From: a virus
Reading direction: 5' to 3' (one strand)
IMG/VR virus record: IMGVR_UViG_3300005563_000031
Coordinates: 41,785 to 105,784 of that record
DNA length: 64,000 nucleotides
Part shown: one piece after another, positions 30,140 through 40,443 of the stretch
Layout: each line of letters begins with the position of its first letter
Numbering within the stretch: position 1 is the first letter of the stretch
Program-made: the position numbers and the translations under genes
Notes under the pieces: model-generated
The model's input: the letters and a program-made list of their open reading frames with translations, nothing else
Database searches by the model: none
Told to the model about the DNA's origin: nothing

Positions 30140-31750
30140 TTAGCCGTCACCGATGCCAGCCAGGATTCCGAAGGCCGGCGGGAAGTAGTTCTGCAGAACC
30201 GTGTGCAGGTACACGCCGTACTCGTACCGACGAGTGCGCAGGGGCCACTCGATTTGGTAGTAGTCGCGCAACACACGATACTGCAGGACATTGTTGACGT
30301 TGCTCAGCGGGTACGGCAACACGTCAGTGTAGAACAGGATCAAACCCGGCGGTACGTTCGGGTGCAAGTGGATTGGAATGTCCTTCGCGCCCGACATGCT
30401 GTACTTGTTCATGTAGGACTTGACCATGTAGCCGCCGGCCACCACGCCCTGCTGCGTGTCGAACACGAAGCGTGCGTTGCTGCTGCCGCTATTCGGGCCA
30501 ACGAGGACCTTGCTCGAGATGTTTTTCTGCTCCTGTGAGCTGACGTACATGTCGGTTGGTGACAACCGGTAGGTATCCCAGAACCACTTAAGGATGCGGT
30601 CGATCTCGACGATGCCGCCGAGGCCGTCTGCCGTGAGGAACGAACCAACGTACACGCCGGTCGTACCCGAAACGGCCGAAGTCGGCATCTGTGTCCACGG
30701 GCCGGGGCTCGTAGGCGTGCCGAGGATGGTGACGTTCGGCTGGTAGGTCGCCAGCGCGCACATCGAGAACAGGCCGTCGAACGCGTTCGAGTTCTGCGAG
30801 AAGTCGACCGCGTTGGCAACCGCGCCGCCGTAGCCGGGGATACTGTTGACAGTCTGCGTGCCGCCGTTCGCCGTCGCAAGCGCGGTGATGCTGTAGTACG
30901 GCACTGTCGTGATCGCACCGAGCACCTCAACACCGGCACCGGCCGTCACCGCCCAGAACCACGCATACGCAACCGCACCCGGCACGGCCGTTACGGAGGC
31001 GTTGATGATGCCGGTCGCAGTCGCAGCGAGCGTTGCCGCCGCCGAAACTTTCGCACAACCTGCGTTGTAGGTCTGGTTTGGTGTACCGTCGGCCGTGGTG
31101 AAAGTGATCTGCCCCGGCACACCCCCGGCTACCGTCGAGCGGCGGTAGCCGTCGAGCGTCAACGCCATGCAGCGCACGCTGTAAGATGTCGTGGAAACCA
31201 ACCCTCCGACGGGAGTAGCCGCCGCTGCCACCGCGAGAGACGGTGTTGGGGTAATGGTAGCAAGGGCTGCTGTTCCGAGACCGCCCAGTGTGAGGATTTC
31301 CTCTTCGATCATCACCGACCACAACAGGTTGCGCACCGACAACGCCTTGAGGTCGTCGAAGCCCTGCGCAGCGAGGTCGGCGCCGAAGGTCACGTAATCC
31401 TCGAGGCCGAGCTGCTTGTAGGCCGCGATGAAGTCGCGGGTCGTGGTCTGCGTGAACGCATTCCGGATACCGTCGGCAATCGCTCCACCAATCATGTTGG
31501 AGTTGATGCCGGTGATACCGCGCCAGTTGGCCTGAATACCACCCTTACCCGAGGTGCGCGGGATCTTGTTGCGCAACGGAGTAATGACCGGAACGAGCGT
31601 TTTCGCACCCAGCTCCAAGTCGTAGTAGTTGATGCCTGTGGTCGCCCCACTCGGCATGTTCCAGAAACCGGTCGTGTCCTTCCGCAGGGCATCGGGGTTA
31701 TTTACCGCGTAGTCCTGCAGTTGGGAAAACAACTCTGCAATCTTGTCCAT
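30140..31750 (-). CDS. major capsid protein
   Basis: follows protease and scaffold; strong codon bias; PLRNKIPR, DYYQIEWP. Confidence 0.85.
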   Translation of the reverse strand: MDKIAELFSQLQDYAVNNPDALRKDTTGFWNMPSGATTGINYYDLELGAKTLVPVITPLRNKIPRTSGKGGIQANWRGITGINSNMIGGAIADGIRNAFTQTTTRDFIAAYKQLGLEDYVTFGADLAAQGFDDLKALSVRNLLWSVMIEEEILTLGGLGTAALATITPTPSLAVAAAATPVGGLVSTTSYSVRCMALTLDGYRRSTVAGGVPGQITFTTADGTPNQTYNAGCAKVSAAATLAATATGIINASVTAVPGAVAYAWFWAVTAGAGVEVLGAITTVPYYSITALATANGGTQTVNSIPGYGGAVANAVDFSQNSNAFDGLFSMCALATYQPNVTILGTPTSPGPWTQMPTSAVSGTTGVYVGSFLTADGLGGIVEIDRILKWFWDTYRLSPTDMYVSSQEQKNISSKVLVGPNSGSSNARFVFDTQQGVVAGGYMVKSYMNKYSMSGAKDIPIHLHPNVPPGLILFYTDVLPYPLSNVNNVLQYRVLRDYYQIEWPLRTRRYEYGVYLHTVLQNYFPPAFGILAGIGDG

Positions 31751-31819
31751 GTGTCTTCCTTGACTTCCTAACGTATGGGAGGCGAAAGTGCCTCCCGGTC
31801 CTTTCGGCCTACGCGGGCC

Positions 31820-32932
31820 TTATTTCGCTACCAAACCAAGCGCGGCGAGTTCGCCGTTCGGCACAAACACGCGCTTGGCATGAATGGCCTTAATAACAGT
31901 GCACGTATCGTTGTCCTCCGGCTTGCCGTCGGGGCGGTTGTTACGGAAACGACCGTCCTCGTCCGCAGCGTGCCGGGTGACACCCTTTTTCAACTCGTCG
32001 ATCTGTCCGATGACCGACGTCACCTTCTGTACGTCGCCGCCCTTTCCAACAGTCATCAACGCAGGAGCAACACGAGGAATCACGGGAACCTCCGGAGCAG
32101 CAGCGGGAACGACAGCAGTCGGTTGCGGACCAACAGCCTTCGAAACGGCTTCGTTGATCATCGCCACCAACTCGCCCTTCGTCAATTCGATCTTTTCGGA
32201 CTTGCCGAACATCTCACGAGCCTTTGACTTCGCAGCCTTTGTCTCGTCGTCGTCACCGTCCATATCGTCGTACCACGCCGGCTTGGCTTTCGCCTTCACC
32301 GCGCCCACAGCGGACGGGTTCGGTGCCTCCGCGTTGTTCGTAGCGTTCGTGGACTCAGCCGGCATCGAGGGCGACGTTACTGACGCACCGCGCTTGTTGC
32401 CTTCCGAGGAAATCGCGTCCTTCTGTACCTGCGACATAACATCACCATCCTTTGGTGTAGTGTCGGTTTTCACAACCGATCCAGCGGGCAAGGCAACGGC
32501 CTTACCATCCATTTGATTCGTAGCACACTGCGCGCCGAGCTTGCTCAACGTGTCGTGCGCCGTTTGCAACAGTGCAAGGTCATCAGCGCTATTACGCGCG
32601 CCGCGCTTAGCGAGTGCAGTTTCGATGCCCTGGAGCGACTTCACGAGCGCATCCTGGGGCGACAGATCAACGGTAGCGGGTGCAGCGGGCACCTCGTACG
32701 CGTCAAACTTCGTGAGCAAACTGCTCGCAGCGGTTTTGATCGATTCCTGCGTGCTGCTTTGTGCGAGTGTCGTAAGGGTCTTCACGACCGGCAACAGCGT
32801 CTCGGCGTTGTACTCGCCTTTCAGCTCGAATTCCGGCACAGCGGAAATATCTTCAAACACGCGCTGTTGGTGCTTGGCGAGGAATCCAAGCATCGTAGCG
32901 TCATCCATGACGGCCACTTTGTCCATTACCAC
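31820..32932 (-). CDS. scaffolding protein
   Basis: between protease and MCP; KRGARNSADD. Confidence 0.7.
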   Translation of the reverse strand: MVMDKVAVMDDATMLGFLAKHQQRVFEDISAVPEFELKGEYNAETLLPVVKTLTTLAQSSTQESIKTAASSLLTKFDAYEVPAAPATVDLSPQDALVKSLQGIETALAKRGARNSADDLALLQTAHDTLSKLGAQCATNQMDGKAVALPAGSVVKTDTTPKDGDVMSQVQKDAISSEGNKRGASVTSPSMPAESTNATNNAEAPNPSAVGAVKAKAKPAWYDDMDGDDDETKAAKSKAREMFGKSEKIELTKGELVAMINEAVSKAVGPQPTAVVPAAAPEVPVIPRVAPALMTVGKGGDVQKVTSVIGQIDELKKGVTRHAADEDGRFRNNRPDGKPEDNDTCTVIKAIHAKRVFVPNGELAALGLVAK

Positions 32933-32935
32933 TCC

Positions 32936-34198
32936 TTAGTGCAACACGTGTCCGTGTGTTGCGGGGACCTGCATCTTAACAGTTTTTCCACTGTTCCACT
33001 GCATGTGCGCTTGGGCCGCGTTGATGTGGTGCGCGGCCAGTTCCTTGTTGTCGAGTTCCAACTGTTCCTTCGCGGCGGCAGCGTGCGCGGCAGCGGCGTT
33101 GAAATGTTCCTCGACATCATTCGTTGAAATCGCTTGGTGGCTCGAGGCAATCGCGGCACCGGTCGCTGTCATCGCACCCGCACCCTTATCCGGCGCAGCC
33201 GCCTTGGATACATCGTCGGGCGAGCTACCGCCTCCGATACCACTGCCACCTGCTATTTTCATGTACTGGCGGTGGAAGCTCGCAGCCTCCGTGTGGGCCT
33301 CGATCGCTGACTTTGCGTGCGTGTCGTTTTCATCCGGTGTGCCGTGCAACGTCGCAGCAGCCGTGTGTTTGATCCACGCGGTTTTGTGCGCCTCGGGAGT
33401 CCCGGATTCAATTGCCTTCTGTGTCGCTTGCTGCGCTTCGGTCGCAGCATTGACGCTGCCCGAAGTCGTCTTGCGAGCAAACGCGAACGCGCGCCCAGCA
33501 GCTGCGAGCGCTGCAGCGGACCTTTCACTACCGGCGTGACCTGCGTTGTTGAATCGACCTTGCTCGCCACGCGGCAGCACTTCCTTTTTCAACTCAACAC
33601 GCTTAATGCCGTGTTTAACCAGTAGGTCAAGGCCTGCTGTTTTTCCGCCATCCGTGGCGGTCCCTTCCATGGGCAGCATGAGCGATGGTGCAAAGGGCAC
33701 CTCTATGTCGCTCCCGTCGGCCTTGTGAACGGTAAAAAACTTCGCAGCCGGCACACACGGTCGGTCGACAATGGAGATCTCGGCGGGGTCTGCGGTGTAG
33801 CGCTGGACCATTTTGCCGTTTACAACATCAGGCCACTTCTTCGTGTACTTGCCGCCGATGCTGAAACCGGAGTAGGTTCCAGAGGTAACTTTCTTCCACT
33901 CCTGATCGTCGGTGATGTGCGCTGTAACATCGATCGCTTTTTCATGATCGAGGAACTGGATGTCTTTGAGAATACCGGCGGCAACGCTTCCATGCATCGC
34001 GCGAACGTTCCCTAAGCTCTTACCGCCGGTATCCGAGAACACCGAAGCCGACCACTGTTGGAAATTAGGCTTGCTCGTTACGTAATCGAACACTTCCCGG
34101 TCGCGATCTACCATCTCCTGCGTAGCCCGACCGGTCACGGTGCGGGTTACCTCGTCCACTTTCGTGATGCGAGCGAAGATAGGTTGAATGATTTCCAC
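32936..34198 (-). CDS. prohead protease with C-terminal Ala/His-rich extension
   Basis: RAMH, YSGFSIGG, EISIVDRP. Confidence 0.85.
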   Translation of the reverse strand: MEIIQPIFARITKVDEVTRTVTGRATQEMVDRDREVFDYVTSKPNFQQWSASVFSDTGGKSLGNVRAMHGSVAAGILKDIQFLDHEKAIDVTAHITDDQEWKKVTSGTYSGFSIGGKYTKKWPDVVNGKMVQRYTADPAEISIVDRPCVPAAKFFTVHKADGSDIEVPFAPSLMLPMEGTATDGGKTAGLDLLVKHGIKRVELKKEVLPRGEQGRFNNAGHAGSERSAAALAAAGRAFAFARKTTSGSVNAATEAQQATQKAIESGTPEAHKTAWIKHTAAATLHGTPDENDTHAKSAIEAHTEAASFHRQYMKIAGGSGIGGGSSPDDVSKAAAPDKGAGAMTATGAAIASSHQAISTNDVEEHFNAAAAHAAAAKEQLELDNKELAAHHINAAQAHMQWNSGKTVKMQVPATHGHVLH

Positions 34199-34336
34199 TA
34201 ACGCCCCATTTATCTACTGCGTCCGGCAGTGTTAGATTAGGCAGTCCGTTACCTGATGGAGCGGCAGTATAGATGGAGTTTCGAAAAAACAATACAGGTT
34301 TATGTAATTTTCGTGTAGTAATCCACTTACAACACG

Positions 34337-34618
34337 CTAGGGCTTTTGCGCATTACGTTTGGTAGCGTTGTCCAATGCGTCGAGAAATGCTTCAGCGAGC
34401 GATATCTCGGGCTCCACATAATCAGCAACCCACTCATCGTCGTGTATCAAACCGGATTTAACCGCTTGTTGGTATACGGGCAGCGTACGAAAATGATCGA
34501 GCTGCTTGAGTGGCACTAACGCAAAAAACTCGCGCGACTTATAAGGCGGCAAGTCCCATGTGTGCTTTACCCAATCTGCGTTCTCAACAGAATTGTCCAA
34601 CTCAACTACATCTACCAT
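34337..34618 (-). CDS. small protein, candidate immunity partner of the MuF toxin
   Basis: starts immediately after the MuF stop. Confidence 0.6.
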   Translation of the reverse strand: MVDVVELDNSVENADWVKHTWDLPPYKSREFFALVPLKQLDHFRTLPVYQQAVKSGLIHDDEWVADYVEPEISLAEAFLDALDNATKRNAQKP

Positions 34619-34619
34619 C

Positions 34620-37600
34620 TCAATAACCGCCCTTGTACTTCGCGTTCTCTTCCAACTTCGCTTGTATGTAAGCACTCACATTACGCGCTGGTGTCTTATA
34701 GGAGCCGTGTGCATTAACTTCTAGAGCGTCTGTTGACAACTCAACCGCTTTCATATCTCTGTGCGCCAATACGACTACTTCGTGCTCATTCGAGCAACCG
34801 TAGCCAGTACGGTAACTACCAATTACTTGCGAAGCGGGCACACGCGTAATATACACATTGCCACTCCCTCCAAAGCCACTAGCAACACTTAAGCTCGTCG
34901 AGAACGAGCTCATTGGTTGCAACTTAACATTCCGGATGGACACCGCAGCTGCAGGGTCAATGTGCATGCCGCGCGCAACATACAATTCCGTAATGCCGCG
35001 CGAGGCCAACCACGATTGCGTGTTGCGATACATACCGGCCACAAATTCTTTTAAACCCTCGTGCATTACAGTTGCAGGCACTTTATCTTTATAGTCATTG
35101 AGGTAAGTGCCCGACACGGCTGATGCAGCATGCGTCATCAACGTTTCTGTAGATCCGTGCGATTGCAACGAGCCTAGCGCCGAAGTTGCAATCTCATTAT
35201 CTTTCATACCAAACACTTCTTTCGCCGCTAATTGCATAGCAACGGAAAGATCGTTGCTATCACCGGACGACGCAGCCCATGTTTGTACTAACTTAGCCTC
35301 AAGTGAATAGCCACCGCTCGAATCACTTTTAGCGTAAGCCTCTTTGAGCGCTTGGAAATTGGGACTGTCCTTTAATTCCCCCGCCAACTGTTTTTCAACC
35401 GATATCTTGTTACCTTTTGCATCCAAACTGTCCTTAGACAGCGCATTGTGTAGTTTCTCAAGACCTTCCGAGAAGGCGGATTTGCCCGACAACACATCCT
35501 TCGTATCAGCAGCAAACTCGTGCACACCAATCGGTGCTACCCCCACCGCTGTGTCAGTGGGGATGCCTCGCGAGGATTCGGCACTTGGTTTACCAACACC
35601 TTCGCCTAAATGCGCGCTCGAAGTTACTTCGCTCGAGGAAATAGGTTTACCCGATGAATACAACGTGCCGGCCTTTTCCGCAGCCGTATCATTCTTCCAC
35701 TGCGCGTAAGCAGCGGCGTTAGACATGCCCTTATTCAAATTCGCAACAAGGTTCTTATCCGCCTGGAACACTTGTTGTTCTTTGGGTGTTGATTTATCCC
35801 CGTGCGCTGCGTACTGCCACTCCGCCATCGCTTGCGCTTTGGTGTCTTTAAATGCCTTTATATCCGCTTCGGTGCCCGCCGACATATTCAAAGTAACCAA
35901 CGCCACGTTTAATTTCGCAGCGTACACCTTGTCGTGCTCGGCGTTGGAGGAGGGTTGTACGAGGTGCGGTAGGTCCTCATACCCGGTCACAGGCTTAGCG
36001 GCTGCTTCAGGTTTTGCAGCCGGCACATCCTCTTTTGCACCCGCAACATGGCCAACACTTGTAGTGATAGGTTTCGCAGCACCCGCCGTACTCTTAACCT
36101 GATACGAGCCGTCCGGATTTTTCGTAATCTCGAGCTTCCCATACTTACCTGCGTACTTGTCAGATTTGAGGTCTGAAAGCGCGGTTTTGAGGTTCGAGAG
36201 ACTCGCGCCGGTTGCGTGCTGCAATTCGTCGAGTGTGAAGCTATGTCCTGAGGACAATAGCTCGTGCACACCACCCTTAGCACCTGCAACAGTCGTGGCA
36301 GTGGGTTTTGGCCCCTTATCGCTACCTTTGTCCTTCTCCCCGCCACCCGTGCCATCCGTGTACTGGTTGCCGTGGAACGGATGCCCATCCACGTCGCCTT
36401 TCATAACATGCGTCGACAAATAAACCGGCTGCGAGATATCCCCGCGCATCCACTCAATAAACGCACCCCACGACAGCGACGATACAGGACCTAACTTCCA
36501 GCCAGCTTGGTAACTGCCAAGGTATGCTTGTACAGCCGCTTCTTTCGAATCGTACCCTAACAGGACCTTATGCTCATCAAATGTACCATCGAGTTTGAAC
36601 TGGTCTACTATGTAGACAGTGCCAGCCCACTCGTGGTCGGTGCCCGGTCGCACGAAAACATCCAGATGATCTCCATCCGCTCCTGTTGTCCGATTGAAAT
36701 AGCCGTAATGCGCTTGTATCTCAGTCCAACCCGGCTTGCGCGGGGTCCCCGCCGGATTTTCGATCGCGATTGGCAGCCCACCGACGACGATGTGCCCCAT
36801 CTTGTAGTTACCTGCGCGACGCTGCGCGCTAGTTGGTTCGGGGTGCGCGTTACGTGGCGACAGTGCAGCCTCATGGGCTTTATCATCTATCGGGTATTTG
36901 GTCAGCCCCGAAAGCGCTTTCGCTGCTGACGTTGGTGACTCGGGATCGTCTGCCAGCTCCTCGTCGTCGCCGGCTTCATGTCCTTCGCCATAATCGCTTC
37001 CAGTCGGGTTGATTCGAGGAAGTGTCTCGCTCTGGTCACGCTCGATTCCATCGGGGTCACGACGTGCACGGAGACGTTCCAACCGTGCGAAGATATCGCG
37101 TACCGCCTTGTGTAGTTCGCCGGAGGAAGGCTTACCAACAGCGCACCTGTCGCATTGGCTAAGACCGGCAGCCTTATCAACGGCCCCGCCGTCGTCTCCC
37201 TCATCGGGGCCGGCGCCGTCGTCCCCACCGTCATCGTCATCTTCCTCGTCTCCACCGGCTAAGTTAGATACCCAGTCGCACCAGCAATTTGGGTGGCCGG
37301 GTGGATAGTCGTAATCGTCGTCGTCGACAAAGTTATCATCTATATCAACCCAACCCGCTTCTGCTGCTTCCGAGCAGTAACAATCCTCATCCGGATCATG
37401 GTCCGCCGACAGTAACCATTTCTTTTTGGTCGCACCGCCGGCTTTCATCGGCTCCACGCGCCCGTAACTGTGTGCGAATGCCAACTCTGTGTGCGCAATC
37501 ATATCTGCACGTTGCGGGCTGAAAGCGTAGTTGGCTTGTAACTCCGCTGAGAATTCCTGCTTGCTCCATCCCTCCGTAAGCGCGTCCTCAATCGTACCGC

Positions 37601-38072
37601 GTACTTTGTCGCGAGTGGCTTCAGAGAGCTGCGTAATCAATTCCCCGCCCCGCTCCTCCGCGTACGCAACTGCGTCCTTATCGAGCACCTCAAGGATGTC
37701 TTTAGGATCTTGTGAGAAGGTCGTGATACGCTGCACTTCGGTGTAACCCGCTTTCTTAAAAGCTTCGATTACATCGGGTGTCAACACACCCTCCACGAGC
37801 GCAAAGTCCTCATCAGCAATAGCAGCTAGAATCTCCGCAACTTGCGAAGCGGGCACAACCGTGCCCATTTGCGTGACAATAGAACCGTCGGGCTGCAAAC
37901 CGGGAGTGGGCGTACTGTCATCGTCGCCCTCAGCCTTACCTAACTTTGGATGCGGTCCTGCACCCGCGAGCGCTGCGCGCACGAGTGGAAACAGCTTGTC
38001 CGTCAAACGCTCGCCGAGCGCTGTGAGCTCGCGGTTAAGGTTCTGTTTTGTAGACGGCGCGGCCAAGAGCAC
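34620..38072 (-). CDS. MuF minor head protein fused to InPase-like and C-terminal ADP-ribosyltransferase-like domains
   Basis: RADMIAHTE..KKWL..PPGHPNCWC (MuF); GNYKMGH..HYGY..DGDHLDVF..FDEHKV (InPase); VARG/SSFSTS/NEHEVVV (R-S-E ART). Confidence 0.8.
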   Translation of the reverse strand: MLLAAPSTKQNLNRELTALGERLTDKLFPLVRAALAGAGPHPKLGKAEGDDDSTPTPGLQPDGSIVTQMGTVVPASQVAEILAAIADEDFALVEGVLTPDVIEAFKKAGYTEVQRITTFSQDPKDILEVLDKDAVAYAEERGGELITQLSEATRDKVRGTIEDALTEGWSKQEFSAELQANYAFSPQRADMIAHTELAFAHSYGRVEPMKAGGATKKKWLLSADHDPDEDCYCSEAAEAGWVDIDDNFVDDDDYDYPPGHPNCWCDWVSNLAGGDEEDDDDGGDDGAGPDEGDDGGAVDKAAGLSQCDRCAVGKPSSGELHKAVRDIFARLERLRARRDPDGIERDQSETLPRINPTGSDYGEGHEAGDDEELADDPESPTSAAKALSGLTKYPIDDKAHEAALSPRNAHPEPTSAQRRAGNYKMGHIVVGGLPIAIENPAGTPRKPGWTEIQAHYGYFNRTTGADGDHLDVFVRPGTDHEWAGTVYIVDQFKLDGTFDEHKVLLGYDSKEAAVQAYLGSYQAGWKLGPVSSLSWGAFIEWMRGDISQPVYLSTHVMKGDVDGHPFHGNQYTDGTGGGEKDKGSDKGPKPTATTVAGAKGGVHELLSSGHSFTLDELQHATGASLSNLKTALSDLKSDKYAGKYGKLEITKNPDGSYQVKSTAGAAKPITTSVGHVAGAKEDVPAAKPEAAAKPVTGYEDLPHLVQPSSNAEHDKVYAAKLNVALVTLNMSAGTEADIKAFKDTKAQAMAEWQYAAHGDKSTPKEQQVFQADKNLVANLNKGMSNAAAYAQWKNDTAAEKAGTLYSSGKPISSSEVTSSAHLGEGVGKPSAESSRGIPTDTAVGVAPIGVHEFAADTKDVLSGKSAFSEGLEKLHNALSKDSLDAKGNKISVEKQLAGELKDSPNFQALKEAYAKSDSSGGYSLEAKLVQTWAASSGDSNDLSVAMQLAAKEVFGMKDNEIATSALGSLQSHGSTETLMTHAASAVSGTYLNDYKDKVPATVMHEGLKEFVAGMYRNTQSWLASRGITELYVARGMHIDPAAAVSIRNVKLQPMSSFSTSLSVASGFGGSGNVYITRVPASQVIGSYRTGYGCSNEHEVVVLAHRDMKAVELSTDALEVNAHGSYKTPARNVSAYIQAKLEENAKYKGGY

Positions 38073-39732
38073 CGCGCGCTTTAGTGGTGTTGTACCAATT
38101 CGTCGCCTTCTTGTAGCGAAAGGGGCCAGCCTTCCTCAGGCCGCCTCCTTTATCGTGTTTGGTTGGTGACAACGGCTCCGCCGGCCGGTGGGTGGTAACA
38201 TCGACGTTACCGAGATCTGGTTCACGCTCCTGGTCCGCTTTCGCGTTGCCGAGCGACTCGCGTGGCAGCAGCTTGGCGGGCTTGGACTTGGGCGCCGGCC
38301 CAATCGGCTCACCCGTTTCCGGATGTGTGGCTTGCGGCGGCCCGTGATCCATTGGTGCAGGCGTCGGAGGCGGCGCTTGCAAGTTAGGTGCGGTGCCGTC
38401 GACATACATCGACACCGGGATGGGACCTGAGGCAAGGAAGATCATCGGCGCCACACCAAGCGGCTTAAGGCCGTCGCGCTGGCGGATCTCATCGATACCA
38501 ATAACACCCTTCGACAACTTTAGATCGTCGATTTGGGCCTGGGTATGGGGATCGTTTTCCTCCTCCATATCCCATCTAAACTCGATGCCATCCAACTTCA
38601 TCGTTTGCGCAAGGACGAAGTCCATGATGTCTTTCATAAACATCAAGGTGGGCGCCAAGCCCTCATCCCGCGCCGTATCCTCTGCGGATTCGGCCGTGGC
38701 CCTATTTACTTGCGCAATAAAGGGTGTTGGGGCGATGCCGAAAAGGAAACAGAGGATACGCGCGATCCATTCGTCGAAGGGCGTTTTTAACAACGCCTCC
38801 TCAGACGTAAACTCCTTCATGTTCTTCGCCGCTTCGCCGGGCACAAACCAAATCTTGCGCCGTGCTCCGGTATCGCCCGCGAGGATGCTGTCGAAGGTTT
38901 CTTGAAACTGTTTGATTGTTTGTGCAGGCCACGTTTCAGGCACGCCCACAAGCGCTGCCGGCACGTTGCCGTCAGTGAAAAACTGCAGTTGGCTTGTTTC
39001 ACGACGCAGACCAATCTGTATCGTCACGAGTGCCTGTTCCACTTTACCGAGCCCATACACACGATCGCTCGCTGGATTCGAGATAAAGTACAGCAACTCG
39101 TCTTTGAGGAAATCCGCTGTTGGAATGCCGTGCAGGACTTGCTGGTAGGCGGGGAACGGGGGCTCTGGCGTACGGCCTGACTCGTCAATCACGAGTTTGA
39201 TCGTAGCGGGGTCAATGCGCTCGAGGCGCAACAGCTGCTTACCCTCATACACCGGCCACACCGCGATGGCATCGAGGACCAACATGTCCTCAATCAACGA
39301 CCGCAGCCACACATTCCAGCTCATGCGCCCGTCGGGATAGCGGAGGAACTTCTGCGCCGCCGCACAACGCTGTGCCAGTGCATCCGCGAGCGCCGTGTCT
39401 TTCTTCGCCGCTTGTGCAGCCGCATCGGTTGGTGTAATCGACCAGCCGAAGGTTACAATTTGATCTTTGCGCTTCTCGATAAGCAGGCGAAGGATGTCGT
39501 AGTACTTCGCAAAGTTGCGCAGCGTTTGAAAATCGATGCCTGAGTCGCGGCGCGGGCGCGTCGCAATGTTATAGCCGGTAAGATAGTCAAACCGGCGACC
39601 AGCCGTGTCTTGCTGCTGCGGAATTGGCGGGTTCTGCGGGGAGAAGTAGCCGCCTTGCAGGCCGTAGGTAACAGCTTGTGTTAACCGCTTCGTGAAGCCG
39701 GTCGGGGCCAATGACCGCACATCGTAGGCCAT
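38035..39732 (-). CDS. portal protein
   Basis: IDPATI, YQQV, VYGLGKVE, FFTDGNVP, NRATAE, IDEIR. Confidence 0.9.
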   Translation of the reverse strand: MAYDVRSLAPTGFTKRLTQAVTYGLQGGYFSPQNPPIPQQQDTAGRRFDYLTGYNIATRPRRDSGIDFQTLRNFAKYYDILRLLIEKRKDQIVTFGWSITPTDAAAQAAKKDTALADALAQRCAAAQKFLRYPDGRMSWNVWLRSLIEDMLVLDAIAVWPVYEGKQLLRLERIDPATIKLVIDESGRTPEPPFPAYQQVLHGIPTADFLKDELLYFISNPASDRVYGLGKVEQALVTIQIGLRRETSQLQFFTDGNVPAALVGVPETWPAQTIKQFQETFDSILAGDTGARRKIWFVPGEAAKNMKEFTSEEALLKTPFDEWIARILCFLFGIAPTPFIAQVNRATAESAEDTARDEGLAPTLMFMKDIMDFVLAQTMKLDGIEFRWDMEEENDPHTQAQIDDLKLSKGVIGIDEIRQRDGLKPLGVAPMIFLASGPIPVSMYVDGTAPNLQAPPPTPAPMDHGPPQATHPETGEPIGPAPKSKPAKLLPRESLGNAKADQEREPDLGNVDVTTHRPAEPLSPTKHDKGGGLRKAGPFRYKKATNWYNTTKARGALGRAVYKTEP

Positions 39733-39744
39733 GCGTAAATCCTT

Positions 39745-40236
39745 CTACTGCAGTTGAATGGCGACGAGCGCGGCATTCCGTCCATTGTTCGGGGAGATTG
39801 TACCGGCATTAGACAAGTGTGCATAGTCAATCGAGCTAATGCGGTGCCAGTTAAACTCGTAGGATAATCCTAGATTAAAGTTTGTGTGAGATCCATTAAG
39901 CGTGTCAATTCGCTGAACGTATGCTGCTCCGATGTTGGCACATACGTTCCAACGACACGTGCGCAAGCCTGCGTGCCAGTCCCAGTTGTTGCTCGTGAGT
40001 CGGTTCTCGCCCCACAACAAGGTGCCCGCATAAAAATCCAGTTGCGGGCCCAGCGCGTGTCTCGCATCGATTCCAAGTACCGGTGCGGCGCCGCCGGGGC
40101 CAAAGGCGGATCCTCCGCGTAAGTAAACGTGCGTATCCTCAGCATGGGCGCTCCGAATAAACCAAATCACGAGTATCGTGATAAACACGATGACGGCTAT
40201 GTAGGCCCCGCCCCGATTACCAATTGGAAAGCGCAT
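39745..40236 (-). CDS. PagL-like lipid A deacylase (outer-membrane beta-barrel)
   Basis: signal peptide; C-terminal HLSNAG..PNNGRN. Confidence 0.75.
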   Translation of the reverse strand: MRFPIGNRGGAYIAVIVFITILVIWFIRSAHAEDTHVYLRGGSAFGPGGAAPVLGIDARHALGPQLDFYAGTLLWGENRLTSNNWDWHAGLRTCRWNVCANIGAAYVQRIDTLNGSHTNFNLGLSYEFNWHRISSIDYAHLSNAGTISPNNGRNAALVAIQLQ

Positions 40237-40260
40237 GCCGCACGTCCTTGTGTGCTTTAG

Positions 40261-40443
40261 TTATTTGGGCGGGTGGATTGTAGGCACTTCTACAACAGAT
40301 ACAACTACACGTGTTGGAACAGTGATTTTGATAATGCGAGAATGGCGGCGTTTCCACCACCACTCCCACAGTTTGCGTGCAATGAAGCCAAGGACGCCGC
40401 TAAGTACGCTCGATAACACGTACCCCCACAGCGTCGAGTGCAT
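40261..40443 (-). CDS. small single-TM protein
   Basis: hydrophobic N-terminus then basic patch. Confidence 0.5.
   Translation of the reverse strand: MHSTLWGYVLSSVLSGVLGFIARKLWEWWWKRRHSRIIKITVPTRVVVSVVEVPTIHPPK

Noticed and set aside
34825-37857. 18-bp repeat ACTTGCGAAGCGGGCACA within the MuF gene
   Set aside because: Both copies encode VPASQV; there is no sign of a mobile-element boundary
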